Position numbers and translations under genes: made by a program. A stretch of 63,560 nucleotides of DNA, filler included, from Octopus bimaculoides (Eukaryota), in assembly GCF_001194135.2 (NCBI RefSeq). It is 4 parts of 4 records of this genome, joined end to end, with 100 filler letters (N's around TTAATTAATTAA, not from the genome) between each part and the next. Parts side by side here need not be neighbours in the genome. Positions count along the whole stretch, not along the records: positions 1 to 29,290 come from NC_068997.1; 3 more parts are not named here. One strand, written 5' to 3'. Below are positions 1 to 12,594 of the stretch, one piece after another; the first letter of the stretch is position 1, and each line of letters starts with the position of its first letter. The notes below the pieces were generated by a model. It worked only from the letters and a program-made list of their open reading frames with translations, searched no databases and was not told the DNA's origin.

Positions 1-72
1 TTATAGCCTCAATCATCGGAAAATCTCGACTTGAATTTTCAAAAAAAAAAAATTAATAAACTTTAAAAAAAC

Positions 73-104
<32 letters not shown>

Positions 105-183
105 ACACATACACACACACCTACCTACCTCTATGTGTGTGTGTGTGTAAAAGTGTGTGAGTGCGTGTTTGTATCTATCGTAT

Positions 184-551
184 TAGTTACGACGTCGAGG
201 GTTCCACTTGATCCGATCAACGGAACAGCCTGCTCGTGAAATTAACGTGCAAGTGGCCGAGCACTCCACAGACACGTGTACCCTTAACATAGTTCTCGGG
301 GATATTCAGCGTGACATCGTGTGTCAAGGCTGACCCTTTGAATTACAGGCACAACAAAAACAGGAAGTAAGAGTGAGAGAAAGTTGTGGTGGAAGAGTAC
401 AGCAGGGTTCGCCACCATCCCCTACCGGAGCCTCGTGGCGCTTTAGGTGTTTTCGCTCAATAAACACTCACAACGCCCGGTCTGGGAATCGAAACCGCGA
501 TCTTATAACCGCGAGTCCGCTGCCCTAACCACAGGGTCATTGCGCCTCCAC
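184..551 (-). mobile_element. tRNA-derived SINE, family E (head GTGGAGGCGCAATG)
   Basis: Pol III A-box region plus B box GGTTTCGATTCCC; aligns to 17202-17562. Confidence 0.85.
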
Positions 552-659
552 ATGTATCGTATGTTTATACATTAATAAACTTATCTCGCTTAAAAATGAC
601 GACGAAGTCAACAACACCTATACAAACAACAATAATAAAACACAATGATGCCTCTAAGC

Positions 660-916
660 CGGTGGTTCTCAACCATTTTTAATCTAATCGACCCCTTTGA
701 TTCCTATTTTACTTAGGCAACCCCGCCCCTAGTCATTCAATGTATAAAAAATCCTATTATATCTTTATAATTGAATATTAAGAATTGTATTTTAGAAAAT
801 TGTTAAAATATTTTGTGCGTTGTAGAAGTATAATTAATTTGTTGTAGATATATTTTAATAACAAGACCTTATGTGGGTGCCCAGGGGTCAGATGAACCCC
901 GGTTAAAAAATCATTG
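660..916. mobile_element. hAT-type MITE (CAGTGGTTCTCAACC family)
   Basis: Ends CGGTGGTTCTCAACC / GGTTAAAAAATCATTG; decayed 8-bp TSD ctctaagc / ctttatgc. Confidence 0.65.
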
Positions 917-950
917 CTTTATGCGGTCACTTGATATTCTAAAGACAGCT

Positions 951-1503
951 CTTTTACTCTTTTACTCTTTTACTTGTTTCAGTCATTTGACTGCGGCCAT
1001 GCTGGAGCACCACCTTTAGTCGAGCAAATCGACCCCAGGACTTATTCTTTGTAAGCCTAGTTCTCATTCTATCAGTCTCTTTTGCCGAACCGCTAAGTTA
1101 CGGGCACGTAAACACACCACCATCGGTTGTCAACCGATTTTGTTNNNNNNNNNNGCAAATCGACCCCAGGACTTATTCTTTGTAAGCCTAGTTCTCATTC
1201 TATCAGTCTCTTTTGCCGAACCGCTAAGTTACGGGCACGTAAACACACCACCATCGGTTGTCAACCGATTTTGTTGGGGGGGGGGGGGGCAAACACAGAC
1301 ACACAAACACACACACACATTTATATATACGTATACATATTTACGACGGACTTCTTTCAGTTTCCGTCTACCAAATCCACTCACAAGGCTTTGGTCGGCC
1401 CGAGGCTATAGTAGAAGACACTTGCCCAAGGTGCCACGCAGTGGGACTGAACCCGGAACCATGTGGTTGGTAAGCAAGCTACTTACAACACAGTCACTCC
1501 TGC
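951..1503 (-). mobile_element. tRNA-derived SINE, family A (internal microsatellite, (AAAGAGT)n-like tail)
   Basis: Head GAGTGACTGTGTTGTAAG...GGTTCAGTCCC, CORE-like GGCACCTTGGGCAAGTG; the middle is duplicated across the 1145-1153 gap. Confidence 0.85.
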
Positions 1504-2721
1504 TGTCAAACATTTCTTAAATCACATTCTAGCTTCTTTTAAAAACGACGAGGCACGTAAAATATCGTAGGCGATCTTATATGTGAGATAGAATTGTCGA
1601 GGGTGAGCACGACCGATAGGTCTTAAGATATTCGTGGGACTTAAAATCAAGCACGGACGAATCAACAATAACAACGATGACGGCGACCACGTCGACAATA
1701 GCAGCAGCAGCAGGACTACGATAATAAGGAAAACGACAACATTGAAATAGGAGTCAAATATACCTCAGAGCACTACTACCGTCTTAAGCATGAGTAGGGT
1801 ACATTTGATAATGTAGTCTCAGATAGACCGTGTCTGAAATTCCTTGATACAGTTACAATATTTGGAGAGAAGATTTTCTCTCAAAGAGTTAAGATTGATA
1901 AAAAAAAAAAAAACTTTTTAGTATCTTTCGACTTTCTAAACAGGTTTTTTTCTCAATCTTCTCTTCATNNNNNNNNNNNNNNNNNNNNNNNNNNNNNNNN
2001 NNNNNNNNNNNNNNNNNNNNNNNNNNNNNNNNNNNNNNNNNNNNNNNNNNNNNNNNNNNNNNNNNNNNNNNNNNNNNNNNNNNNNNNNNNNNNNNNNNNN
2101 NNNNNNNNNNNNNNNNNNNNNNNNNNNNNNNNNNNNNNNNNNNNNNNNNNNNNNNNNNNNNNNNNNNNNNNNNNNNNNNNNNNNNNNNNNNNNNNNNNNN
2201 NNNNNNNNNNNNNNNNNNNNNNNNNNNNNNNNNNNNNNNNNNNNNNNNNNNNNNNNNNNNNNNNNNNNNNNNNNNNNNNNNNNNNNNNNNNNNNNNNNNN
2301 NNNNNNNNNNNNNNNNNNNNNNNNNNNNNNNNNNNNNNNNNNNNNNNNNNNNNNNNNNNNNNNNNNNNNNNNNNNNNNNNNNNNNNNNNNNNNNNNNNNN
2401 NNNNNNNNNNNNNNNNNNNNNNNNNNNNNNNNNNNNNNNNNNNNNNNNNNNNNNNNNNNNNNNNNNNNNNNNNNNNNNNNNNNNNNNNNNNNNNNNNNNN
2501 NNNNNNNNNNNNNNNNNNNNNNNNNNNNNNNNNNNNNNNNNNNNNNNNNNNNNNNNNNNNNNNNNNNNNNNNNNNNNNNNNNNNNNNNNNNNNNNNNNNN
2601 NNNNNNNNNNNNNNNNNNNNNNNNNNNNNNNNNNNNNNNNNNNNNNNNNNNNNNNNNNNNNNNNNNNNNNNNNNNNNNNNNNNNNNNNNNNNNNNNNNNN
2701 NNNNNNNTATATATATATATT

Positions 2722-2784
<63 letters not shown>

Positions 2785-3360
2785 TCATGACCAGTGTCGA
2801 GGGCCTCCGACAGAACAAGGCTGCTTTCGATTTCGCGCTCAAGAGGTGAAGGTAGCTTCTTTAAAATGCCAGGAGACCAGAAGCCCTTCCGCCGCCATCC
2901 CAATCCTGTTCTGTTCCTTTAAGAAAATAAAACTTCTGGGGAAGTTAGTCACAGGCTCCCTCCACATCCGAGCTGGAGACCGATGAACGATCAGGGTCCT
3001 AGTCATAGCATATACAAAAGATCTGCGACTTCGGAGGTGACGTCGGTCTAAATCGCATGATAAACGGTGCCTTCATAATGATAAGATTGTACTTACTTGC
3101 GCTTAATTATCACCAAATTTGAGTGTTATGTAAATAATTCCGATGTGTTGTCGTACGTCCACTTGCTTGTAAGAGTTACTGAACTTTTACCACCTCCTTC
3201 CTCCACTACCTCCCACTTACATTCCTTCCCTCTCCCTCCTCTCATCCACCTTCTGTCTTCCCTTCCTCTCCCGCTTCCCCTCTCCCCTCCCCTCCCTCTC
3301 AACCTAGATACATATTCAAACACACCCACTTATCTATCTATCTATCTCTCTATCTATCTA

Positions 3361-3417
<57 letters not shown>

Positions 3418-3597
3418 GTATGTATGCATGTATGTATTTATGTATGTATGTACGAGGAGTGCTGAAAAGCACACATTATGAAGAAATTTTAATATTTACG
3501 TGTGTGCGTGGATGTGTGTGTGTGTGTTGTGTTGTGTGTGTGTGTGTGTGTGTGTGTAAACAATGTGGTGCAACAGCATGGCTGAAACGAATAAAAG

Positions 3598-3649
<52 letters not shown>

Positions 3650-4218
3650 CTCACACACACGCACACACACATGAATGATCTACCACAAGGTTCACTCCTT
3701 GTTCTGGTGCGGTAACTTGGGTGCCGCACTGGCCCTGAAAGCTGAGCCAGTGGAGCGCCACCTCCTAGTAGGTCCTGTCCTGCCAAACAGGTCAAAGGAT
3801 ACAGGCCAAAAAACTAATATGGTCCACCTCGTTACAGAATTAAAACTGGGTTTACAAAGGGCTAGTACCCATTAACTAGATTTAAAAAAAGATGCAGCTT
3901 CAGAAACATCAATGACAATTCGAAACCCGAGAGGACCTGGGAGGGGAAGACCTTCCCTCGGGGATAGACATGAAGCAGGATATTGAGGCAGAGGTGAAAA
4001 AATAAAGGGATCTAACTGGAGAGAAAGCAAAAAAAAATGGCTCAGAGTTAAGAACAGTGAAGAACAGCCACAGAAAATCTGCCTCGACAAATTCCATCTG
4101 ACTCATGTCAGCATGGAAAAGTGGACGTTAAATGATGATGAATGATGCCACACACGTATGTACTCCTCCTCCTCCTCCTCACCCCACCACTTCATCGTTA
4201 TCCTCATAGTCGTCGTCG

Positions 4219-4221
<3 letters not shown>

Positions 4222-4256
<35 letters not shown>

Positions 4257-4447
4257 TCATCATCATCATCATCATCATCATTATCATTTAATGCCTGCTT
4301 TCCATGCTGGCATGGGTTAGACGGTTTGACTGGGGTCAGAAAGTTGGAGAGCTGCATCAGGCTCAAGTCATCTGTTTCGTATAGCTGGATGCCCTTATTA
4401 ATGCCTACCACTCCACAGAATACACTGTGTGCCTTTTACGTGTCACT
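4222..4447 (-). mobile_element. RTE 3' UTR fragment with (GAT/GAC)n tail
   Basis: Reverse complement of the 31310-31464 tail. Confidence 0.7.
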
Positions 4448-4918
4448 GTATAAATATGTGTGTATGCAGTAGTGTAAAAATTGCAACGAATACATCACAG
4501 TAATCAGAGAGTTCAAAGGTATATCAACAATGAAATACAAAATCATGCTATCACATGCTGTCTGTATTCCAGAGCACAAATGACTGTATCTATATTTCTG
4601 GTCGATGAGAGCCTAACTGACCTTATTAAAAAAGTAAAAATAGACTGACATATCTCTGCTATTTTTTGTCTGTCTGGTTTTCTTTTTTCTTTAAATGGTT
4701 GTAATAGTAGGGACTGGTTTTCTACTTGAGGGGACATTTTCTGTGAATGGACATTTCTCTTCTTTGTATTAACATCCATGGCCAGTGTAAAGCATCTACG
4801 TACAACCTTATCAAACTAATTTCAATGAAAATATTCTTGAAAGGAAGTGGGCAGCTAGCGAGGATTGGATTGGACAATGGTAACGATTACACGGAGTGCT
4901 AATATTTCATACCAAGTT

Positions 4919-5114
4919 AAAAGTTCCTGGCTTTAAGGGTGCCACGAAAGGCCTGGATGGAGGTCCAGCCTTCCGAGTTCTTTTACATAGCTTAGAAAAA
5001 CTGAAGGACCGCTACAATAAGTGTGTGAATCTGAAAGGGGAATATGTTGAATAAAATCGTAATTAACTGATCTCCCTGTATTTTCTTTTACCCAAAACCA
5101 GGAACTTTTCAGCA
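4919..5114 (+). mobile_element. Mariner-derived MITE
   Basis: Inverted ends AAAAGTTCCTGGCTT / AAACCAGGAACTTTT; internal LKDRYNKCVNLKGEYVE* is a transposase C-terminus. Confidence 0.7.
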
Positions 5115-5345
5115 TGAACTTTGTATGTATGTATGTATGTATGTATGTATGTATGTATGTATGTTTTATTTAAGTTCTTCTTTAGGGAGTTGAAGCCGAT
5201 TGCGAACAAAGCGACAAGACAGAGTTAAGAGAGTTCCCAGTGTTTGTAAATAAGGGGTTGAGTTGGTGCGTTGAGCAATCGATGCATGTGTCCAAGTATG
5301 TGCATCTAATCACCAAATGAATCTCAGCTGTATGTGTGTATGTGC

Positions 5346-5606
5346 CCTAACTCTTCGAAACGCTTAGTTTAGAATAGGGGCAACTGATGAACGAAATGTT
5401 CTCTATGTGGCCTCTCTGTTTTCCTGTGTGCTCCTACAGTTGTCCGAAAAAAAGTTTGTTTTCCTTGCTTTGTTTTTGTTCTCGTTTTTCATTTTGTCCA
5501 CGTTTTTTTTGTGACGTTCTCTACCCAGACATGCATCTATATATACATGTAGATGTAGGTATGTACATACATGTACGTATATATGCATATACTCATATAT
5601 TATTGT
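5346..5606 (+). repeat. Dispersed repeat shared with 9888-10104
   Basis: TAACTCTTCGAAACGC...CTGATGAA.GAAATGTTCTCTATGTGGCCT...CCCAGA.ATGCATCTATATATACATGTAGATG in both copies. Confidence 0.8.
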
Positions 5607-5723
5607 ATGTATGTATGTATGTATGTATGTATTGAGAAAATGCAGTATTTATTTAAGGGAGGTTATTAAGATTAAATCTACTGAGTTGCTTCCCTTGAAT
5701 CTATTCACAATAACTTTTTAGCT

Positions 5724-5900
5724 ATTCTTTTACTGGTTTCAATCATTTGACTGCGGTCATGCTGGAGCACCGCCTTAAGACGAACGAGTCAACCCCAGGA
5801 CTTATTCTTTGTAAGCCTAGTACTTATTCTATCACCAATTTTGTCGAACCGCTAAGTTACGGGGACGTAAAGACACCAACATCGGTCGTCAAGCGATGGT

Positions 5901-5951
<51 letters not shown>

Positions 5952-6127
5952 AACACGTATATATACGACGGGCTTCTTTCAGTTTCCATCTACCATATCC
6001 ACTCACAAGGCTTCGGCCGCCCCGAGACTATAGTAGAAGACATTTGCCCAAGGTGCCACGCAGTGGGACTGAATCCGGAACCATATGGTTGGTAAGCAAG
6101 CTTATTACCACACAGCCATGCCTGCGC
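5724..6127 (-). mobile_element. SINE family A, full length
   Basis: Alignment to the other copies; internal (CA)n. Confidence 0.85.
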
Positions 6128-6129
6128 CT

Positions 6130-6457
6130 ATGGACCCCTTTGATTACTATTTTATTCTGGTGGACCTCAATAAACATTCAATGTTTAAAAACTACTTTTA
6201 TAGAAACTTCTTTCAAAATTCCTATTTGTTTTGTTTATCACACATTAACTTGTGTAGGTTGAACTATGTAAAATGTTAGAGAAAGAAACCTGGTTGTTTC
6301 TTGCAATACATACCAATACATACATCTGAAGCAAAAGTTTTTAGGGATCCTTAAAATACTATTGTGGATTCCCAATTTACTATTTTATTGAGTGCCCCCA
6401 CCCTTAAGTCTTATGCGGACCCTCAGGGGCCATATGGAGCCCAATTGAGAACCTCTG
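6130..6457. mobile_element. hAT-type MITE, one end missing next to a SINE
   Basis: Internal similarity to 660-916; ends TTGAGAACCTCTG. Confidence 0.5.
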
Positions 6458-6827
6458 CCTAAGACGATTTTGGATAGTAAATACCGAAGTATTAAATAAC
6501 AACAGCAATAGTTACGTTAACAGCAGACGGTTCGAATCACTACGCTTGCTAGAAATAACAGAGAAGTGTCCTTTATTAATCTGCCATTTTAAAATATGAA
6601 GGATTGCATTAGATGATGTGGTCACGGTTGGTACCTCTTTAAATGGAGGTCTAATTAGCTAGTAATGATCTGGGTCAAAAAGAAATAAAAACAATGGGAG
6701 CGAAAGAGGACAACTTTAGCAGCAGCAAAAACAACAGGCAGCAGCAGCAGCAGCAGCAATAACAACAACAGTAACAGCATCAGTAACAGAAACAATAAAA
6801 CGAAATTTTAACAAACATACAGACATA

Positions 6828-6963
6828 CACAGGAGTGGCTGTGTGGTAAGTAGCTTGCTTACCAACCACATGGTTCCGGGCAAGTGTCTTCTACAATAGC
6901 CTCGGGCCGACCAAAGACTTGTGAGTGGATTTGGTAGACGGAAACTGAAAGAAGCTCGTCGTA

Positions 6964-6994
<31 letters not shown>
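6828..6994 (+). mobile_element. SINE family A 5' half, B box deleted
   Basis: 27-nt deletion at 6880/6881 relative to the other copies; runs into a gap. Confidence 0.85.
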
Positions 6995-7689
6995 NNNNNN
7001 NNNNNNNNNNNNNNNNNNNNNNNNNNNNNNNNNNNNNNNNNNNNNNNNNNNNNNNNNNNNNNNNNNNNNNNNNNNNNNNNNNNNNNNNNNNNNNNNNNNN
7101 NNNNNNNNNNNNNNNNNNNNNNNNNNNNNNNNNNNNNNNNNNNNNNNNNNNNNNNNNNNNNNNNNNNNNNNNNNNNNNNNNNNNNNNNNNNNNNNNNNNN
7201 NNNNNNNNNNNNNNNNNNNNNNNNNNNNNNNNNNNNNNNNNNNNNNNNNNNNNNNNNNNNNNNNNNNNNNNNNNNNNNNNNNNNNNNNNNNNNNNNNNNN
7301 NNNNNNNNNNNNNNNNNNNNNNNNNNNNNNNNNNNNNNNNNNNNNNNNNNNNNNNNNNNNNNNNNNNNNNNNNNNNNNNNNNNNNNNNNNNNNNNNNNNN
7401 NNNNNNNNNNNNNNNNNNNNNNNNNNNNNNNNNNNNNNNNNNNNNNNNNNNNNNNNNNNNNNNNNNNNNNNNNNNNNNNNNNNNNNNNNNNNNNNNNNNN
7501 NNNNNNNNNNNNNNNNNNNNNNNNNNNNNNNNNNNNNNNNNNNNNNNNNNNNCATACATACATACATACATACATACATACATACATACATACATACATA
7601 CATACATGCATACATACATGCATAGTCATTCTAGAGGAAAAAGCTTGGAACGTGACAAAGATGTTTAATCAGAGCTCAGGATGGTAAGA

Positions 7690-8785
7690 AAAATCAGAAA
7701 CAAGAATTGCCTTTGTATGAAACCAAAATCATACAGTATTAATGTCGGAACCCTTGAGACTTTCAATTAAAAATTTCATGTTAGGAAAACACCCGGAAGG
7801 GACTTCAAGGCGGATACAAGTACAAAAATCTTATCTTTTGCCATTGCGATCTTATTGGCCTTTACTGACAAGATATCAGTGAACACATAGACATATAAAT
7901 CTGTTTAGCGATATCAGAGTCAAAGATGATATTCGCAAAACAATGCGAATTGCATGGCGAAAAGTTACCGGCCAATAACATACCAGAATCTTACGTATAA
8001 AATATAATATAATCTGTCTGAATCTGATTTTCCTAGATCGCTGTACTAATAATTATATCGATTTCAAATTTTGGTACAATGCCAACAATTTCGGGAGAGG
8101 GCTTAAGTCGATTATATCGATACCCGTGCTCAACTGGTGCTTATTTTATCGAAAGGATGAAAGGCAAAGTCGACCTCGGCAGAATTTGAACTCAGAACGT
8201 AAAGACGGACGAAATACTGTTAAGCATTTTGCCCAGCGTGCAAACGAAGAATGATAATCATATTATCAGAGTGGAACAAGCTGCTGGAAAGAGAGGAATT
8301 TGAGGAACGTATGTTATACAAATTTTGATCAACAAAGTTATCAGAGGTGCGGCGGTACGAGAGGAACTTGGCCCACAGTTTGGCCTAATTGCAAGAAAAC
8401 AATTTGACAGACTTCTCCACTCGCAGGTTCTAGAGTTCATTCAGCTTGCTAAAGTTACGGGCGCTATTATCAAAGCCATAGACAACTCGGTTTCGTCCTC
8501 GGCCACTACTCTGACGTTCGATTGTCACTAATATATTATGATATATCACGGAGATAAATTTCAAGGAGACAGTCTTACTGGTGTGCTGCTTGTACTTTCA
8601 ACAAGAGCCCTGTTCTTTCTTCTTAAGGAAATAGGAAGGATATCTGAAGAAACCCCAACCTTACACATAGTTTTTTTTGTGGGTGATCTGAAAGTACCAA
8701 GAGTACGGAAGATATGAAAGAAAGCCTTGGCCTAGTTACGAGGTTCTCAAAGGATGTAAAGATGGAATTCGGACGCTGTAAAATG
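7690..8785 (+). mobile_element. Older, more decayed R4/Dong-type RT copy, interrupted by a SINE at 8057-8248
   Basis: KTPGRD..GYKYKNL, SYRPITYQNLTYKI, QILINK, RKQFDRLLHS, FQGDSLT, HIVFFVGDLK, RFSKDVKMEFG. Confidence 0.7.
8057..8248 (-). mobile_element. tRNA-like SINE, family B (GGTGAGCTGGCAGAATCGTTAGC...GAGTTCAAATTCC)
   Basis: Reverse complement of the 48383-48800 units. Confidence 0.75.
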
Positions 8786-8789
8786 AGAT

Positions 8790-9690
8790 AGAACTACAAG
8801 CTCATCATTGCATAAAATTTTAAGTCATCCACAAAGAAACAGTGTGTAATTTTGGTATTTCTGTGTCCTTGTGAACCAGTGAAATATCCTTCAGACTTCC
8901 TTAACATTAATGACAAGGGATTTACAGAAAGTATTAACAACATCACAGAGAGGTTATCACTTTGGAGTATGCCTTTGCGATACTGTATTCTATCGGTGAT
9001 AATACAGTCATTCTTTGTGTTTAATTTCAAGATGGTGGCCCACGATGAAATCAGGTTAGCTATGGCTTTGACTATTCTCACTGGAACTTTAGCAAGTTGA
9101 AGGGCTTCTAGCATCCATGATTGGGAAACAGAGTCAAAAGCTTTCTTGTAGTCTAGCCACATTGAAACTAGGTTCCTCCTATGCTCTCGATCCTCTAACA
9201 TCACAGTTTTATTGATTAACAATTGCTCGGCACATCCCCAGACTCCCTTCTTCCAGGCTGTTTGTTCTGCTGTGATAATGTTATTGGTTTCACAATAGTC
9301 CCAGAGGAAGTGGTTTAAACATGCTGTATATATCTTATACATTAAGTTCTGATATGCAATTGGCCGGTAGTTTTTTTTCCATGTGGGTGGTTCTGCATTT
9401 GGGGATCAATTTTGTCTCTGCCAGAGCTAACCAGTGTGGTATGCTATTGTTCCCAATGAAAGCTTGCTGATACAGATATGGTCAGTAGAATGTTAGCTTC
9501 TTGTACCAATATCCAACAATCACGTCTCTTCCAGGTGTTTCTGGATCACAGTTGCAAAAGTTTCACCATCCATGTTGTATGTCTTGGATGTAATGCAGGA
9601 ACAATAACTTTTACGGAATTCTTCCAGACACAGAGCATCTCGGTTAAATTCCTTCTCTTCATTCTAGATTTCCCTCCAGAAGGAGTCCAT
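8790..9690 (-). mobile_element. R4/Dong-type (RLE) LINE reverse-transcriptase fragment
   Basis: PGRDVIVGYWYKKL, NYRPIAYQNLMYKIYT, GCAEQLLINK, WLDYKKAFDSV, GILQSDNLS, THCFFVDDLKFY. Confidence 0.85.
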
Positions 9691-9693
9691 GTG

Positions 9694-9725
<32 letters not shown>

Positions 9726-9887
9726 TGTATGTATGTATGTATGTATGTCTGGCCGTATAGCCTTCTTTGTTTGTTTATTTCACTGTTTCGTTTTCCGTTC
9801 TTGTTTTCTGTCCGCCACTACATTCCTCCATGGAACAAATTTAATTTGTGTCCGTGGGAAGAGCCGTTGCAACGATGCGTCGCTGAC

Positions 9888-10104
9888 TTAACTCTTCGAA
9901 ACGCCAGTGTTATAATGGTGGCAGCTGATGAAGGAAATGTTCTCTATGTGGCCTGTGTGTTTTCTGTACCTTGTTTATCATTTTGTCCATGTTTTTTTTT
10001 GCAACGTCATGTACCCAGATATGCATCTATATATACATGTAGATGAAGGTATGTACATACATGTACATATATATGCATATACTCATATATTATTTGTATG
10101 TATG
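9888..10104 (+). repeat. Second copy of the 5346-5606 repeat
   Basis: Direct alignment. Confidence 0.8.
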
Positions 10105-10719
10105 GAATGCTTATTTATGTCCACAAAGGAATAAAAACTAAAGTAGGATTCGAACTCTGATCGTTAAGACATATAACTAAATACCAAGTATTCATTGAGA
10201 CAAATATTTCTAAATTCAAGATAAAGTGTAACAGGTCTGTATACTATTTGTATCGATTAGAATATATGATTGATTCTTAGCTTATTCATGTTTTTCTGCG
10301 ACAAATATTGAACCTTCGCATTTCAAGAAATTACCACAAATTGCAAACATTTTAATCATTCAAGGTAAATAACTCTTTGTAATATTTTAATTGTTGTCTC
10401 CCTTGCGCAAAGTATGTTTTTTTGTTTAGTTTATATTTTGTCCTTCATATTTTCCCCCCAAGCGGGAAAATTAAAACTGAAAGCTGATGACTAATATACA
10501 AGGAACCCTTCATTGGTTTGGTTATAAGAATGACTATCCGGTGTTGTGCGCGATTTATGTTGTATGTCGATCTACAATAAAAGCCAAAGAGGAAGCCTCC
10601 AAGCGGTTGCTCGATCTGTTAGAAATAGCAACCAAATCTCTCACTATGTTTATTCTACCGTTTAAAAATTAAGTGAATAAGCTGTAGGATCCATTTTGCG
10701 GATATCTTTATCTTTCTGT

Positions 10720-11048
10720 TATCTTTTCATTTGCTTCAGTCATCGAACTGTGGCCATGCTGGGGCATCACCTCAAATAATTTTAGGTGAACGATTTGACT
10801 CCAGTTCTTAATAATTCGTTTTTTTTTTTTTTTTTTTTTTTTCGTGCCTGATTCTTATTTTATCGATTCTTCTGCTGAACCGCTAGGTAATGGAGACGTA
10901 AGCGCACCAACACTAGTTGTCAAGTGGTGGCGATATACACATACAGACACACACAAGCACACACACACACACAAGCACGCATACCCGTCCCGTACGACAT
11001 ATACGTCCATCTTCTTTCAATATCCGTCTACCAAATCTATTCACAAAG
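10720..11048 (-). mobile_element. SINE family A, 5'-truncated and diverged
   Basis: Alignment to the other copies. Confidence 0.75.
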
Positions 11049-11134
11049 AAGTAAAAAGATCACATGGTCACCGATGGAACGCTTGTTGAACGATAAAGAT
11101 TCATTACAGAATCCTATAACAATTAACTGTTGAT

Positions 11135-11243
11135 GACAGGCAAAGTCGATCTCGGCGGAATTTGAACTCAGAACGCAACGGCAGGCGAAATACCGCTTAG
11201 CATTTCGCCCGGCATGCTAACGTTTCTGCCAGCTCGCCGCCTT
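11135..11243 (-). mobile_element. SINE family B 5' half
   Basis: Alignment to the other copies. Confidence 0.75.
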
Positions 11244-11711
11244 GCCTACATACATACGTTTTATCAAGGTAAATAAATAAGTATTCTGTGTTCTACCACA
11301 ACATCCAAGTTAAGTTGGAGATAAAGATTGCCTTCTGGTATTAATGCTGCTTCTGTCACTATTAATTATTTTTTGATAACCCCATTGGCTGTTAGCGACA
11401 TCAGTGTCTGAATAGACACTGATATTCTATGTATCGATGATGGGAAACTTAGCTGTTATGTCGCTGCTGGATATCTATCACTGAGGATCTGAAAGCGTGT
11501 CGAAATCACGGGATCTGGCAGTTCCATTGGCCGTAGCAGACGGTTCTCTCTGTCAACGACATCAATACTCGTGCTTTTATGGACCACAAATCCGTATGAG
11601 AGGTGCTCTCAAGCTAAATAACGCAGTATTGTGTGTTCTAGCACAACATCTACGTTAAGTTAGAGATATAGATTGCTTTGTGTTATTAATGGTTCTTCTG
11701 TCGTTATTCAT

Positions 11712-11743
<32 letters not shown>

Positions 11744-12509
11744 NNNNNNNNNNNNNNNNNNNNNNNNNNNNNNNNNNNNNNNNNNNNNNNNNNNNNNNNN
11801 NNNNNNNNNNNNNNNNNNNNNNNNNNNNNNNNNNNNNNNNNNNNNNNNNNNNNNNNNNNNNNNNNNNNNNNNNNNNNNNNNNNNNNNNNNNNNNNNNNNN
11901 NNNNNNNNNNNNNNNNNNNNNNNNNNNNNNNNNNNNNNNNNNNNNNNNNNNNNNNNNNNNNNNNNNNNNNNNNNNNNNNNNNNNNNNNNNNNNNNNNNNN
12001 NNNNNNNNNNNNNNNNNNNNNNNNNNNNNNNNNNNNNNNNNNNNNNNNNNNNNNNNNNNNNNNNNNNNNNNNNNNNNNNNNNNNNNNNNNNNNNNNNNNN
12101 NNNNNNNNNNNNNNNNNNNNNNNNNNNNNNNNNNNNNNNNNNNNNNNNNNNNNNNNNNNNNNNNNNNNNNNNNNNNNNNNNNNNNNNNNNNNNNNNNNNN
12201 NNNNNNNNNNNNNNNNNNNNNNNNNNNNNNNNNNNNNNNNNNNNNNNNNNNNNNNNNNNNNNNNNNNNNNNNNNNNNNNNNNNNNNNNNNNNNNNNNNNN
12301 NNNNNNNNNNNNNNNNNNNNNNNNNNNNNNNNNNNNNNNNNNNNNNNNNNNNNNNNNNNNNNNNNNNNNNNNNNNNNNNNNNNNNNNNNNNNNNNNNNNN
12401 NNNNNNNNNNNNNNNNNNNNNNNNNNNNNNNNNNNNNNNNNNNNNNNNNNNNNNNNNNNNNNNNNNNNNNNNNNNNNNNNNNNNNNNNNNNNNNNNNNNN
12501 NNNNNNNNN

Positions 12510-12546
<37 letters not shown>

Positions 12547-12594
12547 ATGTATATGTATATGCATATATATATGTATAAATACATATATATATAT

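Noticed and set aside
184-551. tRNA-gene-like A/B boxes
   Set aside because: No complete cloverleaf; followed by SINE body and repeated elsewhere, so these are SINE heads and not tRNA genes.
1019-1275. ~125-bp tandem duplication inside a SINE (similar case at 50913-51030)
   Set aside because: The copies are identical and flank a tiny N gap, so they are unmerged contig overlaps.
4543-4779. 78-aa minus-strand ORF in unique-looking DNA
   Set aside because: No recognisable motif or splice context.
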